Of a stretch of 64,000 nucleotides of DNA, positions 23,674 through 35,847 are shown in pieces (the stretch's first letter is position 1; each line of letters begins with the position of its first letter). Origin of the DNA: Protoeuglena noctilucae (lineage: Eukaryota); the NCBI GenBank assembly GCA_958009085.1, contig OY253673.1:930001-994000 (forward strand), in the 5' to 3' direction. Under the pieces are notes generated by a model. It worked only from the letters and a program-made list of their open reading frames with translations, was not told the origin of the DNA and did no database searches. The position numbers and the translations under genes are program-made.

Positions 23674-26600
23674 ATGACGCGCAAAGAAGACGCGGGAGGT
23701 GTGGCCCGGCAGAAACATTCCTACGCTGCGCCGTGATGACAGGAATGGCGCTTGAACGATTGCATGCAGCGCGAGCCCTTCCACGCATGGTGTGCCAAGT
23801 GGATGGGCGAGCAGCCGCGTCTCTCGTCCTCGCAGGCGTTTCGGAAAACGTCAAGGTGGTTGTGAGATGCCGGTGAGATAGTCCTCCTACTCTCGGCGCG
23901 TCTCGCGTGGCTAGCTCAGCCTGCGCAGGCCCGGTTGGGGCCATGGACCCCGCACGGCCGCGCTCGCGCGGTTCTCTGTGAATTATGAGGCTGAGGTCGA
24001 CGTTCGCTCCATGTCGCATCCCCCCAGGCCGTTGAATTCGGAGGAGGTGCAGGACGGGAGGAAGCGCATTGTGTCGATGGATACCAAGGCCGGCCAGATC
24101 TTTATCAAGAACCCCAAGGCCCCCGAGGAGCCGCCCAAGACCTTTTCGTTTGACCTGGTCTACGATGAGAACGTTCGTCAGATCGATTTGTATAACGAGG
24201 TGCGCCAGGGGCGTGGACCTGCAGTGGCAGGTGCGCTCGGCAGGACCCGCTTGCCTGCGGCCGCCTCTGACAGCGACTTGGGCGCCTGCAGGTTGCCCGG
24301 CCGGTCGTGGAGTCCGTAATCGAGGGCTTCAACGGCACCATCTTTGCGTACGGCCAGACAGGGACGGGCAAGACCCACACCATGGACGGCGGGTCGACCG
24401 CCGAGTCGCAGGCGAGGGGTGGCACCCGGGGATGCACACGGGGACAGCAACAGCGCTCCACTCCTCACCTTGCCTTCACGACCACGTCCTCAAACTTAAG
24501 CTCCTCGCCTCGCTGCGTCCCAGGGCATCATCCCAAACTCCTTCGACCAAGTCTTCAACTTCATCGCCGCCACCGACCACCGCGAGTTCCTCGTCCGGGG
24601 GTCGTTCCTCGGTGAGCCTGGCGCTGCTGCTGCTGCTGCTGCTGCTGCGAGGCGGTCTGTCTTGGGCTCGTGACTCTGGAGCTGGGCATGTCAGCATGCA
24701 TGTCTGGTGTGTCCTTGGCGCTTTCTGCAGAGATCTACAACGAGGAGATCCGGGACCTGCTGTCGCGCAACCCCAAGAACAAGCTGGAGCTGAAGGAAGA
24801 CCAGGACGGCGGGGTCTTCGTCAAGGACCTGTCCAACTACGTCGTCAAGTCGGGTGAGGGACCAGCGGGGGCGGATAGACGGGAGATGCTGTGCGTGCTG
24901 TGCGTGCGTGCCTGGTAGCGTTCCTGAGCGCCCAGAGAGGCCTCGCCCCCGCAGTCAGCGACATCAAGCAGGTGCTGGAGGTGGGCAAGCGCAACCGCTC
25001 CGTGGGCGCCACCAAGATGAACCTGGGCTCGTCGCGCTCCCACTCGGTGTTCACCATCACCATCGAGTCGACCATGCGTGACGAGCGGGGCGACGAGCAC
25101 GTGCGCGTGGGGAAGCTCAACCTGGTGGACCTGGCCGGGTCGGAGCGCGCGACCAAGACGGGCGCCACGGGGGATCGGTTCAAGGAGGGGGTCAAGGTGA
25201 AGGGCGCGCATGTTGACGTCAGTCATGCATGGCGACGGGATGCCCTTTTCGGTGGAGCGCCCCCACGACGGCGGTGGCCCGCACTTGCTTGCAGATCAAC
25301 CTCTCCTTGGCGGCGCTCGGCAACGTGATCAACGCGCTCGTGGAGGGCAAGTCCGGGCACATCCCTTACCGCGATTCCAAGCTCACGCGGCTGCTCCAGG
25401 ACAGCCTGGGCGGCAACACCAAGACGTGCATGGTGGCCAACATTGGCCCAGCCGACTGGAACTTTGACGAGACCATGTCGACGCTGCGGTACGCCAACCG
25501 CGCCAAGAACATCCAGGCGAGGGGCGACGCGTGCCCAGGGATGTTGCCCGGGCAGCCCCTAGTCATGAAGAGACGGCTAGGGCTTGCAGGCGGTGGGTGG
25601 GTGCCATAGGTCCCCTGTCTATTTCCATGACGCGCAGAACAAGCCGAAGATCAACGAGGACCCCAAGGACGCGCTCATCCGGGAGTACCAGGACGAGATG
25701 AAGCGGCTGGAGGAGCAGCTGAAGGAGATCGAGGCGCACGGGGGCAGCGCGGCGGTGCTGAAGCCCAAGGTGCGGGGCTGCGTGCGGATGGGGTGGTCTA
25801 TATCCTGTCCAGGTGGGGGCTGGACTGAGTTTGTGCAAACCGACGTCACCTTTGCCTGTTCAGATCATCGAGGAGGTGGAGATCAAGAAGCGCCAGGTCA
25901 CGGAGGACGAGAAGGAGGCGATACGCAGGGAGATCGAAGCGCAGCTGCGGTGAGAGGGTGTGAGTCTGCTGTGACGCGATGACGCAGCTGGGCCGAGGAG
26001 GTCTCATCGGCCAACGAGTCTTTCCCCACAGGCGGCAGGCGTCCAACCAGGGGAGCGTGTCGCTGTCTCCGGAAGAGGTGCAGCGCATCCAGGAGGAGGC
26101 GGAGAGGGAGGCGGAGGAGCAGAGGAGGCGGCTCGAGGTGCGGCGCTGCGCATGGCAGGGCACAGTTGGCGTATGCGTAGGGGGCTGACGGAGTGGCACA
26201 CGTGTGGGGTGCGCAGGAGGAGCGCGAGCGAGCGCGTCGAGAGGCGGAGGAGAAGGCCAAGCTGCTGAGCGAGAAGGAGCGGGAGATGCAGGGCGCGCGG
26301 GAGCGGGCGCAGCTGGTGGCGCAGGCCAAATCGCAGCTGGCGGCCAAGCTCCAGGCCATGCAGAACAAGGTGCTGCACGGAGGCGGAAAGGACGAGCTGG
26401 CGAAGAAGGCCAAGGAGAAAGAGGCCGAGGTGAGGGGCGGGGAACGAGGCACGGGGCGATCCGTGCCTGAGAGAGCCGGGACGGCCATGCCATCCGGGGT
26501 GTTGGGTGCCGGGTGACCGTCGGTGTTGTCGTCGGTCTGCAGATCGCAAAGCAGATGCAGGACCTGGAGAATCGGAGGAAGAAGGAAAGGGAGGCGGCGG

Positions 26601-27546
26601 AAAAGATCAAGGTGACCTGAGGGACGGGGTCAGGCGCAGTCGGGCTGCCCAGCACGATGCGGGCGTGCTTTGTGGCGTCAGTGGGTGCCGACCGAAAGGG
26701 GCGTCGTTGCTCGGAAAGGGCGATCGCCGTCTCGGTGGCTGCGCAGTGCATGCGCGCTGCTGCGCTTCTAGCACTGCTGCGTCTCTTCCCACCTTCGCAG
26801 GAGTTTGAGCGCCGCCGGGTGGAGAAGGACCAGAAGTACGCGAGCCTGAGCGAGGAGAGGGACGCGAAGAAGCGTGTGTTGGAGGAGCTCTGGGCCCAGC
26901 TGCAGGGCGCCCACCGCGACGTGTCGGACGTGGAGGCGGAGTTTGACCGGGAGCGCAAGTTCTTCATGGAGCAGCTGCAGGAGCTGCAGAGCCAGCTGAA
27001 GCTCAGGCGAGGGACACAGGAGCGGGGCGCAGAGGGCTCGGGAGGCCGTCAGATGGTGCCAGTCGGGCCATGGAGTCGCCTTGCTCTCAGGGAGGCCATC
27101 ATCGCGGCCTTCATCCCTCCGGACGAGCAGTCCAAGGTCATGGTGAAGGCGGTGTGGGACGAGGACGCGGAGGAGTGGCTGCTGGGCCAGGTGTCGGAGC
27201 GCGCCGAGAACGCCACGTCCGTCAAGCGCCCCGTGTCGGCCTCCGGGACACGCCGGCCCATGTCGTCGTTCGCCAAGGCGCAGGCGGCGCAGGGCGACCA
27301 GAACCCCCGCTTCAAGAGCGAGAACATCCTGACGCTGGAGCTGGACATGCCCGAGCGCACCACATATGGTGAGAGGAGGGGGCTTGCCCAGGCGCATGTA
27401 CGGTCATCAGTCAACTCTCGGCTCTTCTAACACCCGTCGCCCTGCTGCCCTGCGCAGTCTTTTCCGAGGAGACGCTCTCAGAGCCTGCCGTCAGGGACGC
27501 CCTCCAGGCACTCTTCGTGGACGGGCAGGTCTTCTTCCAGGGCTAG
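23674..27546 (+). CDS. Kinesin-2 motor subunit (KIF3B/FLA8-like, intraflagellar transport)
   Basis: [92 protein letters not shown] and tail [21 protein letters not shown] typical of KIF3-class motors. Confidence 0.93.
24623..24648 (+). repeat. (GCT)8 microsatellite in a kinesin intron
   Basis: gctgctgctgctgctgctgctgctgc just after the GTGAGC donor at 24612. Confidence 0.9.
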
Positions 27547-27683
27547 CGGCCATGCGAATGGTGGCGGCCATGGTGGGGTCGTGGGGCAGTCGCAGACCAG
27601 CGCCCTGACATGGGCGGCGATTGCATGCTATTCTACGCGGTGATTCAATGACAACAAACATAGTCTCGATCGCTTCATACATA

Positions 27684-28804
27684 TCACGCTGTCCCGTCAC
27701 GTTGCGGTGGATGTCGACTCGCATACTCCTCCCTCCGCGGCAGGGTTGCAAGAAACACATCCAATGCCGCCTCGTATCCCACCGGGTCTTCCCTGAGTAG
27801 CTCCACGTGCCTGCCGGTCGCCCAGGCCTTCTCTTGCACTGCCAGGCCATGTCCACGCCACGCGGCGACTGGGGGAAGGAACCGGGCGGGTTGAGAAACG
27901 CAAGCCTCTGACGACCGGGGGGCCGCTTCGCTGCCCAGTGCGCGCCATGCTCTTCCATTGCCGAGGGACGCACCATGGGCCCTCACGTCTCCCGCCGGCA
28001 CGACACCGTCCTGCTCTGAGAAGAGCATCAGCCTCGGGCAGGCGAGGTCGACGCTCTCCCACGCGCCGTACGCCTCTTTGACCAGCAACGCCACGGGCGC
28101 GCGGGCCAGGTACCACCCCGCGGCCCCCGAGAGAAGCGCCGACCCCCGCACGTGGCCCCCGGGCGTGACGAGCCACGGAGCGGCCCCCGCCAAGGTGCCC
28201 CGCGCGGCCACGAGCGGCGTGAGCGTGCACGGGGTCGAGTCCAGGACGACGCCCCTCACAGACGCCAGGGCCTCCTCCCCTCCGTGGCTCTCCTGCAGGG
28301 CCCGCAGTGTCATCCCGGCCACCAGGTACCCTGCGAGACTCATGACGTGGAGGACGACACCCTCGCTGCGCCTCGCCGATGCAGGGCCCTGTGGCTGGCA
28401 CACGTGGCCCAGGACGCGGTCCCTGTAGTCGCCCACGGTGCGGTGCGCTAGGGCAGGCAGGAGGATGCGGAGGGCCGGGGAGGGGAGGGTCAGCGGGCGG
28501 ATTCCCCGGCGCTCGTAGATCGCAGCGTACTGCGGGCAGGGGCAGGGCGACGTTGCGATCCCCCAGTGCCGGTCAGGCTGCTGGCGACGGGTTGTTCGGG
28601 ATGCCTTGCCTTCTGCAGATACCGCGGTCTGCCGCCCAGCCACCCAAAGATGATGGCAGAGTCCGGTGGGACATCGCGAGTTGTCTCAGCAGCAAACGCT
28701 TGGGAAGATAGGCACCGAGGCGAACGGTACGCGGGGGGTGAAACACAATGTGAATGGATTGCCTGGCCACAGCGCCCCGCTGAAGCAATAGCCAAGCGAC
28801 GCAT
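27684..28804 (-). CDS. TMEM53/DUF829 alpha-beta hydrolase-like protein
   Basis: IIFGWLGGRPRYLQK|YAAIYERRG, VLHVMSLAG, RGVVLDSTP, PRLMLFSEQDGVVP, GRHVELLREDPVGYEAAL. Confidence 0.8.
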
Positions 28805-28979
28805 CGTGTCGAGCGCTTTGACTCCACGGCGCTGTGGATCGTAACTCGCTTTGATGGACGAAAAAGCAGAAAGACTGGCGCCAGAGCACCAGCCACACCA
28901 AAGCCTTCGGCTCCCCTATTCAGCCCCCTAGTCAGTTTCAAATGGGCGCATGTGGTCCATCGGGGCTGGCGACGTTGCA

Positions 28980-29875
28980 ATGGCCACAGCGCTCTCGAGG
29001 TTCTCGTCCACGACGCCCCGGAAGATCGGGCAGCTCAGCGCCAGGCCTGTTTCCCGCATGCGACCCCCACGGGCCCTGCTAGAGAGCGTGGCTTCCATCG
29101 GCCTCGGTGCTCACACGCTGGTCGGTGGCGCGCAAGCGCTCCTCGCCCTATCCTGGAAGAACCCCCTCGGTGTTGCGGTGGGTGTGGCGTGCATTGCCGC
29201 GGGCAAGAAGATCCCAGCGCTCAGCACAGTTGCCGGCGTCCTGGCGGCCGTGCACATCCTCAGGTGCGATCCACGCGCGTGCTCAGGCGTGCTCGGGCGT
29301 GTGTCGATGCCCTTGAGCCGTGACCATAAGCTTGTTGTGAAATCCCAGCCTCGTCTTTCGCATCGCAGCTGGGATCGGTCGGTGCCCGAGTTCCCATCGT
29401 CGACGTTTGGACCTGGGGCGGCCGCGGGGTCATGTCGCATCGCGCAGAGCAACGCTCGCAACAACGCTGGCCTCCAGCCGCCCGTCGTCGCGGGCACGGT
29501 CGCAGAAGTCGAGAAGAGGGTCGTTGCGTGGATTGAGGGAGAGGAGTGGGGGCGCACTGGCATCCTCGACCGCAAGGAGGTGCCGAGGGGGGTGTACCTG
29601 CACTCCCGCCACGTGTCTCTGGTGAGCTGCTGCGCTGGCGAGGCTGACACTTATGGCGGTACACGCTGGGTCCTCGCCGACACGGCAGCTGCCTTGGGTC
29701 GCAGCTCTGGGGCTTCGCGGACGACGTCTTCATCCGCATCTCGGACGCCGGCGGTGGGCGGTGCATGGTCGAGTACCAGGGGCAGCTTCGTTTGGGAGGC
29801 GGCGACCTCGGGGTCAACCTTGCGCGGGGGAAGAGGCTGCTTGCGGCCCTCGAAGCTGCAGGCCAGCGGCAGTAG
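28980..29875 (+). CDS. DUF1499 family membrane-anchored protein
   Basis: N-terminal hydrophobic helices; spliced C-terminus YLHSRHVSL|LWGFADDVFIRI...QGQLRLGGGDLGVNLARGKRLLAAL fits the DUF1499 GFxDD...R.G..DLGVN motif; stop TAG 29873-29875. Confidence 0.75.
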
Positions 29876-30106
29876 GCTGGCGCAATTGCGGGGTGACCAC
29901 ACAGGGCATTTCAATTTCTTCTGGCAGTAGGGTCTTGGGGCTGGCCACCCGTTCTCCTCGCACTGGCAACTGACAAATCAGCGCAACGCATTTCTTACTC
30001 GGTGCAAGAGCCATTCTTGAGGGGTGCCCCCCGGTTGCCCGGCCATCCCGCTCCTGCGGTTCGGATTGACCGCATGAAGGGTGGCGGCCGTTTCGTTTGA
30101 TCGCCG

Positions 30107-31266
30107 ATGCTCTTGCTGCTGGCGGTCGCCGTGTTGTCATTGTTCGTTGCGCTCATGCCCAAGCTCATCGCCGGCGGAACCCTCGGGATGGGAACGATGG
30201 CCGCGCGACAGTCGCCCGGAATCATCCCTCGGCACCGCGCCTTCGTCGTCGCGATGAAGAGAGGCTTCAGCAGTGTGTCAAGCTTAGCCCCAAGCAAGCC
30301 CCCTTCTCGCGGCGGCAGCCCTGTGGCGGCCAGAGCAGCAGCCAGCGAGGTTGAGCGGCAGGCGAGGGGCCGAGGGAGCGCTGTGCGCCATACCCGCTGG
30401 CGTCTGCGACATGGCGTCCATCACCCGTCCCCGCCCCTCCAGCAGAGCAAGCGGACCCGGGCGGGCGAGTCTTCGGCGAGCACGTCGGGGGATGGGTCGG
30501 GGAGCTCGCGCTGGCTCATCGTCGGGCTCGGCAACCCGGGCACCCAGTATGACGGCACCCGGCACAACGTCGGGTTCCAAGTCGTCGATGCCCTGGCGCT
30601 GCGCCACGGGCTGCCCTGGTCCAAGAGCCCGCAGAGGAACGCGCAGGTGGCGCAGGGCCGCATCGAGGGCCACGCTGTCGTCCTCGTCAAGCCCATGACA
30701 TTCATGAACAAGTCCGGGGAGGCGGTCGCCCCGCTCGCCAAGATGCACAACGTCGGCCTCGCCGAAACGCTCGTGGTCTACGACGACATCGACCTCCCCG
30801 TCGGCACCGTGAGGTTGCGGAGCAAGGGGGGCCACGGGGGCCACAACGGCATGCGGTCCATGTTGGAGAGGCTGGGGCAGAAGCAGGACTTCCCAAGGAT
30901 AAAGGTTGGCGTCGGCAGGCCGGAAAGCCCGCTGGTGAGGAGTGGAACACCACTTGCTTCGGGCTCTGCCTCACACGGACAGCGACCCGACACCAGCCGC
31001 CCACGACCCAACTCCGTGTGCCTCGCAGTACCCGGTGTCCGAGTGGGTTTTGGGGAGGTTCACAGCCGCCGAGCGGCCCAGCATCGAGGCAGCAATGGCA
31101 GAGAGCGTCGCGACGGTGGAGAGCATCCTCGTGATGGGCCTCGAGAAGGCGCAGGTGAGTGAAGTCTTCTGTAGCGGGCAAAAGGCCTAGCTGGCCTGTG
31201 GAGCATCACGCACTGGGAGACGTCGCCGACCCACCGTGCTCGCAGAGCGGCGTACGCGTGGCCTGA
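30107..31266 (+). CDS. PTH: Peptidyl-tRNA hydrolase (organellar, PTH/CRS2 family)
   Basis: WLIVGLGNPGTQYDGTRHNVGF, LVKPMTFMNKSGEAV, VVYDDIDLP, KGGHGGHNGMRS, FPRIKVGVGRP; last exon SGVRVA* ends at 31266. Confidence 0.92.
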
Positions 31267-31274
31267 GAGCCTCG

Positions 31275-31810
31275 TCACGCATCCTCGCATCGGTAGTCCG
31301 CGACTATGTAGACCTCGTACGTCTCGTCCCCCAGCGTATCTGCGCGTGGTGTCTTTTAGATCGTAGCACAATTCTAGCTCGGTGAACGTGGTGCGTACTG
31401 GTACTGGAGCGTCACGCCGCTCACCCTTGCATATGCTGTCCTTCTCCAGCTGCTCCAGCATCGACGCTGCCATGCTGCGGGCAGGGACGCCGGGAATGCA
31501 TCGTGGCGCCGTCGCGACACCAGGCTTTGGGGGGGCGTACAGGACCAGGTCGCCCTCACCATTCCGCTGTTGCTGTCGAGCGACCCTCATCCTCCATGCT
31601 GTCGACGAGCTCGTCAAACGAGAGGCATCCATCGCCTGGGTGGGGGTGCACGAGATGCACGGTCAAGGCATGCCCCCTGAACGTCGACGCAGGCCACATT
31701 CATAGCACCATACCGTCGTGGTCGAAATCCTCGAAGGTCGAAGCAGTCGCCACGCGGCCCAGGGTCGCAATTGCGATGGCGAGCACTGCGACAGCGACGC
31801 GCAACATCAT
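31275..31810 (-). CDS. Small secreted EF-hand protein (about 95 aa, 4 exons)
   Basis: Signal peptide MMLRVAVAVLAIAIATLGRVATA; splicing at GT-AG sites creates the canonical EF loop DHDGDGCLSFDE; continues ATAECMAASMLEQLEKDSICKDTLGDETYEVYIVADYRCEDA*. Confidence 0.6.
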
Positions 31811-32081
31811 CCTGAGCAGCCCAGACCCCCCTGCGCTGCCCCGCGTGCCGGAGTAGCTTGCTCGTGGAGACACCGTGTCAGCGTAAGCGAGTCTGTGCCA
31901 TGTAGCCGGCGCAATGTCGAACATTTTCACACCTGCGCCCCTTGCTGTAAGAGTATTAGAGTCCCACTGCCCGCATCGCGCTACAGTCCTTTTGTATGCG
32001 TGTCCGTTGAGAGGCTCAGCCGAGGATCGGCGGCATCGCGCTTTCCCGGACACCGGGCCACAGAGGGACCGGCGGCTGAAG

Positions 32082-34471
32082 ATGGGTGGGAAGCAGCGCA
32101 TGAAGGACCGCATGTACATCACGGCGAAGGAGTGGGCCTCGGAGGGCGGGGGTTACAAGGACCGCGGCCGACTCCCGTTCCGAAAGCTTCCTTTCCATTG
32201 CTGTGCCATCACCTTCACGGGCTTCGAGGACCCGGTCTGCACAGCGGATGGTACGGTGTTCGACATCGTCAACGTGGTCCCTTACATCCAAAAGTTCGGC
32301 AAGCACCCCGTGACGGGCCAACCACTCAAGCTGGGCGACCTCATTCGCCTCCACTTCCACAAGGCGAGCACGCGTGCCCCTTGCCGCGCTCGTGGCTGGC
32401 CGGCACGTGCGCGAGGGACGCGAGTGTCATGCGAACGATCGGCATGGTCGCAGAACGGCGACAACGAGTACTGCTGCCCCGTCACGGGCAAGGTGTTCAC
32501 GGAGCACACACACATCGTGGCTGTGCGGCCCTCGGGCAACGTCTATTGCTGGGAGGCCGTGGACGAGCTCAATGTCAAGCCGAAGCACTGGAAGGACCTC
32601 CTGACGGACCAGGTGGGCGTATTGCCCGTGCATGGCTGGCGCCTGCGGCCTCTCGGGCCTCACGACCCCTGCCTACTCCCACTCCCCGCAGCCCTTCACG
32701 CGCAAGGACATAATTCACATTCAGGACCCGATGAACCTGTCGGGCAAGGTCTTGGACGACTTCGACCACGTGAAGAACGACCTCCGCGTGACCAGTGGCC
32801 CGGCCCAGGCGCACAACGTCAACTTGGCGGCGGCCTCGGACGACATGAAGCGCACCCTCGCGGCGATCGGGGCACAGACGGAGGCGAAGCCTGTATCAGA
32901 GCAGGAGAAGAAGCAGGCGGCCAAGGCGAGGCATGCGCACAGGGCCTCTGCCCTGTCCACGGAGAGCGCGTGGCTTGTGCCAAAGCTGCTCTCCTTCCAC
33001 CTTGCAGCGCGCATTGGAGGAGGCGGAGCGGAGTGCGGCGGAGAGGCGTGCTGGCAGCAAGGGGGCGGAGACGTCCAAGCCCAGCGTGCCGCAGCTGCGC
33101 CCTTCCGCCGCCCAGGCCGACAAGCCCAAAGCGTCGGACCCGCGGCTGCGTGCTCCGGAGCGGCGGGCCGTGGAGATGGTATGGCGCCCCGGGGCCGCGA
33201 CGTGGAATACGGACGAGCAGAAGGGCGACGGGCGCCAGGAGGAGTCCCGGCTGCAGGTGCGCCGCAGAGGGTCGAGGATCGTCCTGCGGCAGCTGCGGGG
33301 ACGTTCCAGAAAGCGTCTTTTGTGATGGCCGCAGAAGCTCCTGGCCATCAAGCGCCCCCATGCCCTGGTGGAGTCCAGCGTCACGACGGGCGCCATGAGC
33401 ATGTCCTTTACGTCCACGACGGCGACGGTGGCGACCTCGGACCAGCGGACTCTGGTCCGGAAGGAGCGCCGCGTGGACAAGAAGGGATACGTGCGGCTGC
33501 GCACCAACCTGGGCGACCTGAACCTCGAGCTGCACTGCGACTCGGTGCCGCGCACGTGCGAGAACTTCCTGACGCTGTGCGGGGTCGGCTACTACGACGG
33601 CGTGGCGTTCCACCGCAGTATCAAGAACTTCATGATCCAGGGCGGGGACCCCACCGGAACCGGCAAGCGAGTCCGGGGCTCCGGGCGAGGGTGCGGGTGG
33701 CTGCTCGTTCGCCTGTCGTTGCTGAAGTGCAGAGCTGGCCCCCGCAGGGGAGGGGAGTCCATCTACGGCAAGACCTTCAAGGACGAGATCAACACGGGCC
33801 TCAAGCACGCGGGGCGGGGCGTGCTGTCGATGGCCAACTCGGGGCCGCACACAAACGGGAGCCAGTTCTTCATCACCTACAAGAGCGCCCCGCACTTGGA
33901 CGGCAAGCACTCCATCTTCGGGCGCGTGGTGGGCGGTCTCGAGACGCTGGCGGCCATGGAGCGCGTCCCGACAGGTACGGGGGCTGGCCATGCGCGGGTG
34001 CGACCCCAGACAGGCCACGTGCCCCGCGCTGAGAGGGTGGGGCCCTGCCGCCCGCCGCAGATGAGGAGGACCGGCCGCTTCAGGAGATCAAGATCCTTTC
34101 GACGGAGGTCTTCACCGACCCCTTCCTTGAGCAGGAGAAGCAGGAGGTGGCGGCCAAAGAGGAGGCGGCAAAGAAGGAGGCACTGCGCTTTGAGGACCAG
34201 AAGCGGGGGGCGTGGTTCTCGACGGGGCGATCGACCAGCGGCGTGGGGGGGGCGGGGGCCAGCGCAGGTGAGGGGGCGAGCTGGCCGTGACTGGCGCCTG
34301 CCACTGCAAGGAGGCATTGCTGCATTGTGCAGTCCCGCGCTTGCTGCAGGGGAGCCCTCCGCGAGCAAGGTGGGGGCGGCGGCCCTGGAAGCCGCTCGGC
34401 AGGCCCAGGTGGGGGAGGCAAGGCCCGCCAAGAAGCCAAAGACTCAGTATGGGGACTTCAGCGGGTGGTGA
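32082..34471 (+). CDS. PPIL2: U-box/RING cyclophilin, peptidyl-prolyl isomerase (PPIL2/CYP65-like)
   Basis: [112 protein letters not shown]-terminal YGDFSGW. Confidence 0.95.
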
Positions 34472-34497
34472 TGATGGTGGGGACGCACCTGGCTCGG

Positions 34498-35570
34498 TCA
34501 GGGTGGGCAATGCAACCCGTGCCGAAGAAGCCCCGTTCGCAGAACGTGTGCGATGTCGCGCGCAAAGCTCTCGGTGGCGCTGAGTTCTCCGTCCAAGATC
34601 ACCTGGGGGTGCGGCACGCCCACGCGTGCATTGCGCCCATCTGCCCGGGTTGGTGCCTGGTTGGCCACGCATGGCAGCATACCTCCAGGAGCTGTAGCTT
34701 TCGTCGCTCTCCCTCCGACATGGGCGGCGATCTCCGGGCGCGCCTTTTTGGTGGGGAGGCCGAGCTGGTCTCGGGCGACGGCCGTCCCCAGCCTCTGCTG
34801 GCCTCCCGGCGCATTCCTGCGCCCGCACGGCACAGGGTGTTGGCGTTTTTGCACCATGTAGAGCCTCGAAGGGATTGACGGACTTGAAGCCTTACCTGCT
34901 TCAGTCACGCCCCCTCCGTTGGTAGCCTGCAGCGCATGCCTCGCTGGTGAATGGTTGAGCTCGAATTCAAATGGCCTGCCCTCGACGGAATCGTCGGGCA
35001 GCATTTGCAGGACCATGTTCTCCCTGCAGGCGGACGCCACGGGGTGGCATTGCAGCACGAGACCCGTCACAGCTGTCTGTCGCGGCAGCAGCCGCACCTG
35101 TGCGTCAGACACCGTGTGGGGACGTCTTGCAGCACAAGCTGGGCCGCCGAGCTTTGTCCGAAGGGCATGGGCGTGGTGGCAGGCGCTTGTTCCCTGCCAA
35201 AGACAGGCTCGGGATCCGCCCGGCGCTCATCCACGCGATGCCGACCCTCCCTCGTGCGCTTCTCCCCAACAATGCACCGATCATTTTCTGCCCCCTCTCC
35301 CTGGAACTCGCGGCCGCGGGAGTCCCGAACGAAGTTCTTCGCGACGGGCTGGGATGGGTGCGGCTGGGCCCGCGGGGGCGGCCCATCCGTTTCTGCAGCG
35401 TCCGTGTGTGTCCTTGGCTCCGATCCGAAGGTCATACGCTTGCTGGAGCTGCCGCCGGCCTTGGCTGCGCTCCGGGCGGGGCTTCGCGCCAGAGCCTCAC
35501 ACACGGCAGCCCAATCAATCTCCTCCCAGCCATCTGCGGCTGTAGCTTCATGGCAGCACTGCGCTCCGAT
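34498..35570 (-). CDS. Hypothetical protein (multi-exon, no recognised family)
   Basis: Successive ORF segments joined in frame by GT-AG sites (CLTHR|ENMVLQML...TEA|GSTWCKNANTLC...KLQLLE|VILDGELSATESF...*); no conserved motif; 5' end unknown. Confidence 0.35.
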
Positions 35571-35847
35571 CATCCCGCCCCACAATCTCGACGCAGCTTG
35601 CTTTCTATCGCATGGATGGTCGGGGGGCTGCAAATCAACAAGGCATGAGTTGCCTGCAGCCTCCTTCGGCCTTCCACCGCATAGATGATGTAATTCGAAC
35701 TCAACAACGAGGCAAGTTTTCTCTATGAGGGGCGGCGGCCTCTCTGGCAAGTCTCCGCAAGTTTTAACGCCGCAGCCGTGGTCCCCAAGCAGCGGCAGAC
35801 AAGGGGAAGGCTGAGGATCATGCCACTAAGCACAAGCAGCCCGACGC

